64,000 nucleotides of DNA from Escherichia coli (GTDB lineage Bacteria > Pseudomonadota > Gammaproteobacteria > Enterobacterales > Enterobacteriaceae), in assembly GCF_044324785.1 (NCBI RefSeq), contig NZ_CP172127.1; one strand, written 5' to 3'. The translations under genes and the position numbers were made by a program. The notes under the pieces were generated by a model. It saw only the letters and a list, made by a program, of their open reading frames with translations. It was not told the DNA's origin and made no database searches. This document shows positions 56,150 to 63,975 of the stretch, piece by piece. Position 1 is the first letter of the stretch; each line of letters starts with the position of its first letter.

Positions 56150-56557
56150 TTATTTTATTGATTTATTTTTACGCGCTTTAAGCATTTCTTCGAAGAGTTT
56201 GTTGAAGTTTTCTACTCTTGCGCGCATTTCAGACAGCAAGGCTTCCTGCTCGGAAGATGGAAGAGCATCGAATAATTCGATCAATTCTTTGTGGTTGGGA
56301 GTTAGCTCTGTTTCCACATGAAGTTCTTGTGCAGGCACTGGTGCCTTGTCTTCGTCACCAAACATTAGCCATGTAGGTGAGCACTTCAGAGCATCCGCTA
56401 AAGCAAACAATCGTTTTCCGACTGGCTGGGTTTCGTCTCTTTCCCATTGTGAAATTGTGACGTGAGCAACTCCAGCGAGGCGCGCGGCTTCTCGTTGTGT
56501 TAAGCGTAATTCTTTTCGTCGCGCCAGAACTCGCTGGCCCAGGGTTCTTGTATCCAT
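56150..56557 (-). CDS. dicA: HTH-XRE repressor, DicA-like (cI-type)
   Basis: 135-aa ORF with N-terminal HTH (LRLTQREAARLAGVAHVTISQWERD); same length and architecture as DicA but diverged from the K-12 sequence as I recall it. Confidence 0.8.
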   Translation of the reverse strand: MDTRTLGQRVLARRKELRLTQREAARLAGVAHVTISQWERDETQPVGKRLFALADALKCSPTWLMFGDEDKAPVPAQELHVETELTPNHKELIELFDALPSSEQEALLSEMRARVENFNKLFEEMLKARKNKSIK

Positions 56558-56579
56558 AGTTAGGTAATTCTAATTTTTC

Positions 56580-56624
56580 TTGACTTAGGTATCCCGCGCA
56601 CAATAATGTTAGAAAAGTCTAACA
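56580..56624 (+). promoter_or_regulatory. Putative dicC promoter (-35 TTGACT, 16-17 bp, -10 AATAAT) overlapped by operator TGTTAG-N6-CTAACA
   Basis: Hexamers and the palindrome TGTTAGAAAAGTCTAACA at 56607-56624 read directly; a weaker third site GTTAG-N6-CTAAT at 56559-56576 overlaps dicA start. Confidence 0.55.
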
Positions 56625-56634
56625 AGAGGGGGAT

Positions 56635-56865
56635 TTGATGCTTAAAGTTGACGCAATTACTTTTTTTGGCAGCAAAACAAAGCTTGCCAATGCCGCAGGA
56701 GTGAGGCTGGCAAGTGTTGCTGCTTGGGGGATACTGGTTCCTGAAGGTCGCGCGATGCGTCTACAGGAGGCATCTGGCGGGGAGCTTCAGTATGATCCCA
56801 AAGTTTATGATGAATATCGTAAGACGAAGCGGGCGGGGCGGTTGAACAATGAAAATCACTCCTGA
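56635..56865 (+). CDS. dicC: Cro-like regulator DicC
   Basis: 76-aa ORF divergent from dicA (MMLKVDAITFFGSKTKLANAAGVRLASVAAWG...). Confidence 0.75.
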   Translation: MMLKVDAITFFGSKTKLANAAGVRLASVAAWGILVPEGRAMRLQEASGGELQYDPKVYDEYRKTKRAGRLNNENHS

Positions 56866-57370
56866 ACAGGCTCGTGAGGCTCTGGATGCCTGGATATGTC
56901 GACCAGGAATGACACAGGAGCAGGCGACGATATTAATCACTGAAGCATTCTGGGCTTTGAAAGAGCGCCCGAACATCGATGTTCAGCGTGTCACAGATGA
57001 AGGTGGCGCGGTTGATCAGCGAGCGCTTGGTGTTAATCGAGTGAAGATATTCGAACGCTGGAAGGCTATCGACACCAGGGATAAGCGTGAAAAGTTCACG
57101 GCGCTAGTGCCTGCGATTATGGAGGCTATCCGGATTAGTGATTTCAGGTTGTATCGTGAAATTACTGACGGAAAAAGCATCACGTGCATGATCGCCGGGT
57201 TAAACAAAGAATATGGCGATGTGGTGGAGTCCGGACTGCTTTTTGCTGATCCTGCCGTAGTGGATCGTGAAACTGACGAACTTATAGAAAAAGCAATTGC
57301 TTTCAAGCTTGCGTATCGACAGCAATACCAACAAAAAGCTGGATGGAATTATGAGCCTTCTTTTTGCTGA
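56849..57370 (+). CDS. hypothetical prophage protein at the cII-equivalent position (possibly YdaT-like)
   Basis: 173-aa ORF whose ATG overlaps the dicC 3' end; no recognisable motifs. Confidence 0.5.
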   Translation: MKITPEQAREALDAWICRPGMTQEQATILITEAFWALKERPNIDVQRVTDEGGAVDQRALGVNRVKIFERWKAIDTRDKREKFTALVPAIMEAIRISDFRLYREITDGKSITCMIAGLNKEYGDVVESGLLFADPAVVDRETDELIEKAIAFKLAYRQQYQQKAGWNYEPSFC

Positions 57371-58316
57371 ACGCCCACTGGTTATAAACACGCAGCTGGC
57401 AATGAAAATTGGCTTAAACGAAGCCATTGTTTTGCAACAACTGCACTACTGGTTGAGAGATACCAACTCCGGCATGGAATGTGATGGTGTTCGCTGGATT
57501 TATAACACAACGGAACAATGGCTGGAACAGTTCCCATTCTGGTCAGAGTCAACGTTAAAGCGCGCGTTTGCAAGTCTGAAAACGCTGGGGCTTTTGCGTT
57601 GTGAAAAGCTCAATAAATCAAAGCGCGATATGACCAATTTCTACACGATCAACTATGGGAGCGAGCTTTTAGATGGTGGCAAATTGAGCGAATCCATCGG
57701 TTCAAAATGCGCCGCTCCATCAGGTCAAAATGACACGATGGAAGAGGTCAAAATGAAACGCTCCATTGATTCAAAACGACCCAATGTCATCGGGTCAAAA
57801 TGGCCTGATGATCTTACAGAGAATACAACAGAGATTACTACAGAGAATAAAAACACTTTTCGTCCGGAAGCTTCGCAACCGGACCCGCAGACGACTGAAC
57901 AGGATTTTTTAACCCGGAACTCCGACGCGGTTGTGTTTAGTGCGAAAAAACGCCAGTGGGGTAGCAGGGAGGATTTGGCGTGTGCGCAGTGGATCTGGGG
58001 GCGGATCGTGGGTCTCTACGAACAGGCAGCCAGTGATGATGGCGAGATCATGCGACCAAAAGAGCCTAACTGGACTGCCTGGGCCAATGACGTGCGCACA
58101 ATGCGGATGCTGGATGGCAGAAGCCACAGACAAATTTGCGAAATGTTTGGTCGGGTTCAGCGAGATCCATTCTGGGTAAAAAACATCATGAGCCCGTCAA
58201 AGCTCCGCGAAAAATGGGACGAACTGGTCATCCGCCTGGGACGTTCACCTGTACAGCGTTGTGTTAATCATATTTCTGAACCGGATACAGAAATTCCGCC
58301 TGGTTTCAGAGGATAA
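57351..58316 (+). CDS. phage replication initiation / replisome organizer protein (lambda O-like) containing the origin iterons
   Basis: ORF track frame 57297..58316; likely start at MSLLFAERPLVINTQLAMKIGLNEAIVLQQLHYWL...; iterons and AT-rich tract lie inside the coding sequence. Confidence 0.7.
   Translation: MSLLFAERPLVINTQLAMKIGLNEAIVLQQLHYWLRDTNSGMECDGVRWIYNTTEQWLEQFPFWSESTLKRAFASLKTLGLLRCEKLNKSKRDMTNFYTINYGSELLDGGKLSESIGSKCAAPSGQNDTMEEVKMKRSIDSKRPNVIGSKWPDDLTENTTEITTENKNTFRPEASQPDPQTTEQDFLTRNSDAVVFSAKKRQWGSREDLACAQWIWGRIVGLYEQAASDDGEIMRPKEPNWTAWANDVRTMRMLDGRSHRQICEMFGRVQRDPFWVKNIMSPSKLREKWDELVIRLGRSPVQRCVNHISEPDTEIPPGFRG
57699..57802 (+). repeat. Replication origin iterons: five direct repeats of GGT(T)CAAAATG at 22-25 bp spacing, followed by AT-rich tract 57810-57855
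   Basis: Repeats at 57699, 57723, 57746, 57768 and 57793, then ACAGAGAATACAACAGAGATTACTACAGAGAATAAAAACACTTTT. Confidence 0.7.
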
Positions 58317-58356
58317 GTGTTGATTTCAGGTCATGAGGTAATTTTAAGGGGGACTT

Positions 58357-58779
58357 GTGGCAAAAGTTTTTACACAAGAAGAGCGGGAAAAAATTAAATG
58401 GCAGGTGGTGGAACTCGTGCGCCAGAGCGGCCGTGAGACGTTACGGCAACTGGAAGCTAAAACAGGTGCGACTAGATATCTGATGAGCGTTCTTGCCAGA
58501 GAGCTGGTAGCCAGTGGCGATGTATACAACTCCGGCTACGGGTTATTCCCCTCTGAACAGGCGCGTAAGGACTGGCAAAACGCCCGCAAAAAACTCTCGA
58601 GGGCAAAGGTGAAGAAACCTGCTGTGGTTGATCCGGACCTTATCTGGTCATCACCTGACGGAGAAATACGTCGCTACGACAGTCGCCTAAACATAATCTG
58701 TCGCGAGTGCCGGAAGAGCGAAGTTATGCAGCGCATACTGGCTTTCTATCAGGGTAATTTTCAGGACGTGGCGCAGTGA
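58357..58779 (+). CDS. hypothetical prophage protein
   Basis: 140-aa ORF, basic, Cys pair CRECRK near C-terminus; no family recognised. Confidence 0.5.
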   Translation: MAKVFTQEEREKIKWQVVELVRQSGRETLRQLEAKTGATRYLMSVLARELVASGDVYNSGYGLFPSEQARKDWQNARKKLSRAKVKKPAVVDPDLIWSSPDGEIRRYDSRLNIICRECRKSEVMQRILAFYQGNFQDVAQ

Positions 58780-59222
58780 GTGCACCGGCAACCATTCTTG
58801 ATATGTGCTGTGGCAGCCGCATGTTCTGGTTCGATAAGTCTGACGAACGGGCGATATTTAGCGATATCAGAAAAGAAGGATACACATTACGCAATGGGAG
58901 ACGCTTGATTATCAGCCCTGACATTATCGCAGATTTTCGTGCATTATCATTTGCAGACGCATCTTTTTCGATGGTTGTATTAGACCCTCCGCATCTTGAG
59001 CGTGTTGGTGATAACGCCTGGATGGGAAAGAAATATGGACGGCTGAATAAAGATGCCTGGCGTGATGATTTGCGACAGAGATTTAAAGAAGCTTTTCGGG
59101 TGTTGAGGCCGCACGGCGTTCTGATTTTTTAATGGAATGAAACGCAAATACCGGTAAGCCAGATTCTGGCACTGACAGATAGAAAGCCTGTTATCTGTCA
59201 ACGAACAGGGAAAAAACGATAA
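58776..59222 (+). pseudogene. putative SAM-dependent DNA methyltransferase interrupted by an in-frame TAA
   Basis: Motifs ILDMCCGSR and VVLDPPH; TAA at 59130-59132 after ...VLIF, then 29 more in-frame codons (WNETQIPVSQILALTDRKPVICQRTGKKR) before a second stop. Confidence 0.5.
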
Positions 59223-59394
59223 AACCCACTGGATTATTTTTATGAAAGAGGCATCCAGTGAGTAGATTCGTAAGGTTACAGATACGTATATCTGAATAAT
59301 TAAATTCAGTTCTGTAAATAAAACTTAATCCTTAACCGGATGGATTTCTGCACCCTCAGAACATCAGGAGGCCGCCCGAAAGGGCGGTAGTGAA

Positions 59395-60030
59395 ATGCGA
59401 AAGTTCAAAATTATTATTGAAACGGGAATAGCTGGTGGAGATTTTGAGGATGTATTCGAAGTGGACGATGACGCAACACCTGATGAAATTCATGACGGAG
59501 CATAAGAAATTTTCTTTAACTACTGCAATTACTCATACCACGAAATAAAAGACGATGAGGAAGAACAAAGTGGCTGATTTTTGTTCAGCTAAATATAACA
59601 TCAGTTTTGAAGAGCGGGATGAACTATTAATGGACTATGGTGAGTTACGCGGTGGAAGTGCTGCTGATGTCGAATCCTAGCGTGATGACTATGAAGCGGG
59701 AAAAACTCCGGTCGAAGCATATTGTGAGGAGTGGGGCGATGAATGAGCGAGATTAATTATCAGGAAGGGCATGAAACGGCGGGGCAAGCAAAACCAGTGA
59801 CATGGCGATATCGCTACGTGAAAAAAGGCGTTACGGACTTTCAGGGGAAGTAGTGGTCTGGTGACTGGAAATATGTACCGAAAAAAGAGGATTGTAACGA
59901 CAGGCCGAACTATCAAATTCAGGCCTTATTCACTGCCTCACCAGTCCCGGTTACATCAGAAGAATTGGTTAAAGCTGTGCACTTTTATGAACAACTAAAA
60001 CGCGAAAATCCACCAACATCCGGCAACTAG
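59395..60030 (+). pseudogene. cluster of short ORF fragments in shifting frames, likely decayed prophage gene(s)
   Basis: Successive 15-60 codon ORFs separated by stops and frame changes (MRKFKIIIETG..., MRKNKVADFCSAKYNISF..., MSEINYQEGHETAG..., ...KYVPKKEDCNDRPNYQIQALF...). Confidence 0.4.
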
Positions 60031-60284
60031 ATTAATGGGTTAACTATGTCGGTTAAACGACCAGCCAACTGAAAAAGCGGAAACCTGATTACAGGTTGCC
60101 AGATAAGGCAATGAGCTACCTGGCGCGGAACGGACTGATAAGTATGGGGAATGTTTTACGATGAACCTTTAGACTAAAGAGTTTGTAACGCTATGTAAGT
60201 GATTTTTTCTGGTTTAGATATTTATATGTCCGGCCAAATTGAGGTGTGTTTAAATGTAATTGCACATTGATTGTAGGAGGAATA

Positions 60285-60464
60285 ATGAAAAACGCATTGC
60301 AGTTTTTGTTTGTTGCGTTCTGGTTGTTCGCATCATGTATGCCCATCATCTTCACAGCAAGGTATATGGAAAAAGTTGATGTTTTGATATTAATATTTGG
60401 ATATATAAATGCCCTTTTTTTAGGGGTGTTCATGGCGGTCATGTGCATTGAATACTGGCGGTAA
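60285..60464 (+). CDS. unrecognised 59-aa two-helix membrane protein
   Basis: ATG preceded by consensus AGGAGG at 60275-60280 (4-nt spacer); product MKNALQFLFVAFWLFASCMPIIFTARYMEKVDVLILIFGYINALFLGVFMAVMCIEYWR; AT-rich context. Confidence 0.55.
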   Translation: MKNALQFLFVAFWLFASCMPIIFTARYMEKVDVLILIFGYINALFLGVFMAVMCIEYWR

Positions 60465-60798
60465 ATACAGCGAACTCCATTGGTTTAGTTGGATATTTAC
60501 TGTGCTGGACAAAAACGGTTTGCGGGGAAATCTTAGTTAAGTAGAATGACTGCGGGTGCTTGAGGCTATCTGCCTCGGGCACGAACACCAACGGCAGGTA
60601 GAGAAAAGCCCCAGTTAACATTACGCGTCCTGCAAGACGCTTAACATTAATCTGAGGCCAATTTCATGCCAGACACATGTAGGTTAGCCTCTTACGTGCC
60701 GAAAGGCAAGGAGAAGCAGGCTATTGTTAACACCAAGCTGTAATGTCCCCTTTGAACCATTCTAAAATGTCCCCAGACAATTCTCTGGGGGATTTTTC

Positions 60799-61764
60799 AT
60801 GACCAAAGAAACTGTTACGATGAGTCATAAGGAACTCCACCGACTTCAGATTATTCAGGAGTCAATTAATCGACATATTACTCAGGAACAAGCTGCGGCA
60901 CGCATTGGCATTTCTATTCGGCAGGTTAAACGTCTGGTGCAACGGTATAGAAATGAAGGGCCTTCTGGTCTGGTTTCCCACCGACGTGGAAAGCGTCCTA
61001 ATAATTCCTTTTCTACTGAATTCAGAGCAACAGTAATTTTACTCCTCAAAGGCCGTTACGCTGATTTTGGACCTACGTTTGCGTGCGAAAAATTGCGCGA
61101 GATACACGGTTTATCTTTATCCGTTGAAACTCTCAGAAAGTGGATGATAGAAGAGGGGGGTATGGCGTGAACGCCGTCGTAAAATTGCCCGTATATATCA
61201 ACGCCGCATGCGACGACCATCTTACGGTGAACTGATCCAGATTGATGGCTCACCTCATGACTGGTTTGAAAATCGAGGCCCCAGATGTACACTGATCGTT
61301 TTCATTGATGATGCCACCAGTGCGTTGATGGCGTTGCGTTTTGTGCCTGCTGAAACAACCCGGGCTTACATGGAAACCCTCCGGGGTTACCTTAATGATC
61401 ATGGCGTACCGCTCGCTCTCTACTCTGATAGACACAGTATATTCAGGGTAAATAACCCAGAGCGGGAAGGTGAGCTGACCCAGTTCACTCGTGCGATAAA
61501 GACACTGGGCATCGAGCCAATCCATGCCAACAGCCCGCAGGCAAAAGGGCGGGTAGAGCGCGCCAATCAGACACTACAGGACAGGCTGGTCAAAGAAATG
61601 CGGCTTCAGAATATCAGTGATATTGAAACAGCAAATGCATGGTTGCCGACCTTTATTGAAGCCTATAACAACCGGTTCGCTACGTCGCCTCGTACTACTG
61701 ATAATGCTCATCTTGATGTGCACCATTCTGAAGAGGAACTGGGTTATATCTTCAGCCTACAGGC
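60799..61764 (+). pseudogene. IS481/ISNCY-like DDE transposase gene (HTH plus rve core), frameshifted at a G6 run and interrupted by IS903
   Basis: ORF 60799..61170 (HTH) and frame-shifted ORF opening at 61151 (…IQIDGSPHDWFENRG…RVERANQTLQDRL); frames would fuse if the G6 run at 61155-61160 were G5; coding sequence broken at 61764. Confidence 0.7.
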
Positions 61765-62821
61765 GGCTTTGTTGAATAAATCAGATTTCGGGTAAGTCTC
61801 CCCCGTAGCGGGTTGTGTTTTCAGGCAATACGCACGCTTTCAGGCATACCTGCTTTCGTCATTTTGTTCAGCGCTCGTACCAGGGCCATAGCCTCCGCAA
61901 CCTGACCATCGTAGTCACGCAGCGTCAGTGAACCCCCGAACAGCTGTTTTACCCGGTACATCGCCGTTTCCGCTATCGAGCGACGGTTGTAATCTGTTGT
62001 CCATTTCCACCGCGCATTACTCCCGGTCATTCGCTGATTAGCCACTGCACGGTTACGGTCTGCATATTCACCGGGCCAGTAACCCGCACCTTTTCGGGGA
62101 GGGATAAGCGCGCTGATTTTCTTACGCCGCAGTTCATCGTGACATAGCCGGGTATCGTAAGCGCCATCGGCGGCGGCTGACCTGATTTTCCGGTGGGTTT
62201 GCCGGATTAACCCGGGGAAGGCCTCTGAGTCCGTAACGTTGTTCAGCGACAGGTCAGCGCAGATGATTTCATGTGTTTTACTGTCAACGGCGAGATGCAG
62301 CTTACGCCAGATACGGCGGCGTTCCTGGCCATGCTTTTTGACTTTCCACTCGCCTTCACCGAAGACCTTCAGCCCGGTGGAATCAATTACCAGGTGTGCG
62401 ATTTCACCCCGGGTGGGCGTTTTGAAACTGACATTAACCGACTTTGCCCGCCTGCTGACACAGCTGTAATCCGGGCAGCGTAGCGGAACGTTCATCAGAG
62501 AAAAAATGGAATCAATAAAGCCCTGCGCAGCCCGCAGGGTCAGCCTGAATACGCGTTTAATGACCAGCACAGTAGTGATGGCAAGGTCAGAATAGCGCTG
62601 AGGTCTGCCTCGTGAAGAAGGTGTTGCTGACTCATACCAGGCCTGAATAGCTTCATCATCCAGCCAGAAAGTTATGGAGCCACGGTTGATGAGGGCTTTA
62701 TTGTAGGTGGGCCAGTTGGTGATTTTGAACTTTTGCTTTGCCACGGAACGGTCTGCGTTGTCGGGAAGATACGTGATCTGATCCTTCAACTCAGCAAAAG
62801 TTCGATTTATTCAACAAAGCC
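61765..62821 (-). mobile_element. IS903-type insertion sequence (1057 bp) with 9-bp target site duplication CCTACAGGC
   Basis: Terminal inverted repeats GGCTTTGTTGAATAAATC at both ends; identical 9-bp direct repeats at 61756-61764 and 62822-62830. Confidence 0.9.
61821..62789 (-). CDS. IS903 transposase (IS5 family)
   Basis: ORF 322 aa (…AKQKFKITNWPTYNKALINRGSITFWLDDEAIQAWYESATPSSRGRPQRYSDLAITTVLV…), recognised IS903/IS102 transposase; true start may be a few codons in. Confidence 0.88.
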   Translation of the reverse strand: MKDQITYLPDNADRSVAKQKFKITNWPTYNKALINRGSITFWLDDEAIQAWYESATPSSRGRPQRYSDLAITTVLVIKRVFRLTLRAAQGFIDSIFSLMNVPLRCPDYSCVSRRAKSVNVSFKTPTRGEIAHLVIDSTGLKVFGEGEWKVKKHGQERRRIWRKLHLAVDSKTHEIICADLSLNNVTDSEAFPGLIRQTHRKIRSAAADGAYDTRLCHDELRRKKISALIPPRKGAGYWPGEYADRNRAVANQRMTGSNARWKWTTDYNRRSIAETAMYRVKQLFGGSLTLRDYDGQVAEAMALVRALNKMTKAGMPESVRIA

Positions 62822-62830
62822 CCTACAGGC

Positions 62831-63206
62831 GAAGCGCGTTCTGTCTAAAAATCTCACTTTCCAGTACAAAAGCAGTGCGTTTCAGGTACGCAGTGAGGGC
62901 CGGGGATATCGACTTAGGCATTCGGTTGTTACTGTATGCGAGAACTTTGACGGTGAAATTAACGTTCTGTATGACGGGAAAGCGCTGGGCTGGGAAAAGT
63001 ATGTTGATGGCCCGGAGCCTATACCACTGGATGATGAAAAGAGTGTCCATGAACGAGTGGATAATGCCCGTATTGATTTACGCTCAAAATACTATGTTAA
63101 ACCTAAAGCTGACCATCCCTGGCTTACGCGCCGAACGCAAAGTCATCAGCAAGTTAAGCCCCCGAAGTTACCTAAAAAGAAGCCTGATCCCGATAAAAAA
63201 GATTGA
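62831..63206 (+). pseudogene. 3' part of the IS481/ISNCY-like transposase gene displaced by the IS903 insertion
   Basis: After removing IS903 and one TSD copy the reading frame continues from 61764 into 62831 (…SLQ|AKRVLSKNLTFQYK…) to a stop at 63204-63206. Confidence 0.7.
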
Positions 63207-63601
63207 AACCAAGATCGATTCGGTTGAGTGCATATCCATTCATAGGGTAGATTCTTAAGTCGCGTTTCTGGTGTTCATTTTCGGGTGGTTTGTTACTTGT
63301 TTTACCGGGGATATGCCAGAAACGCGCTGAGTCAGTCTGGGCGGTGCGCGTAATGAGGCGTTATGGTAAATAGCCTATGCTAATGTCCGCTAAGAGCAAG
63401 AAGCGGAAGTTGGCAGTTTTGTGGACTGTCCCCACAAATGTGACTACAGAAATAGTTGCAATTCATAATTGATCATGGGTTGTCAGTTAAACTCGTGGCG
63501 ATTTAAATAGACTAATTGGGAGTGCGTCCATTACTTATATCTTGTAATGTTAACTATCAGAAATGATACAAAGATAATATGTCTTTAAAGAAAAGGCTGA
63601 T

Positions 63602-63628
63602 GGCGAAAAGTGGCCCGATGAGGGCCAC
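63602..63628 (-). terminator. Rho-independent terminator after flxA
   Basis: GTGGCCC-tcatc-GGGCCAC hairpin followed by TTTTCGCC on the minus strand. Confidence 0.7.
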
Positions 63629-63642
63629 AATACGGCTGTCAC

Positions 63643-63975
63643 TTAGACGTAAATATCAATGGTGCCAGCGGTATTTGTATCGTCTTTTTTCTCTTCTTTT
63701 TTATCAGGCTGAACTGTCGCGTCTTTATTCTTTTTCTCTGCCTGCTGCCTTAACAACTGCTCCAGTTGAGCCCTGAGGCTTTCAATTTGCTTCTGTACCA
63801 ATGCAGCCATTTCTTTTTTCTGCTGTGTCGTCATCCCCTCTTCCGATGAGATTTTCCCAAGCTTTTCAGTCAGCACCTGAATTTGTCTTGTGATTTTGGC
63901 TATTTCTGATGTTCCTTCCGGGGCGGAGTTGTTTGAAATAACGGTTGAGGTATTTCCCTGAATTGTGACAGACAT
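63643..63975 (-). CDS. flxA: Qin prophage protein FlxA
   Basis: ORF 110 aa (MSVTIQGNTSTVISNNSAPEGTSEIAKITRQIQVLTEKLGKISSEEG…), recognised FlxA. Confidence 0.88.
   Translation of the reverse strand: MSVTIQGNTSTVISNNSAPEGTSEIAKITRQIQVLTEKLGKISSEEGMTTQQKKEMAALVQKQIESLRAQLEQLLRQQAEKKNKDATVQPDKKEEKKDDTNTAGTIDIYV

Noticed and set aside
57699-57802. Short regularly spaced direct repeats considered as a possible CRISPR array
   Set aside because: Repeats are 10-11 bp at about 23-bp spacing inside a coding sequence and are followed by an AT-rich tract; this is an origin iteron pattern, not CRISPR. No CRISPR-like array was seen elsewhere.
60730-63480. Terminal inverted repeats of the IS481/ISNCY-like element
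   Set aside because: I found only a direct-orientation match (TAATGTCC) near the presumed ends, not inverted repeats, so the element boundaries are not reported as a feature.
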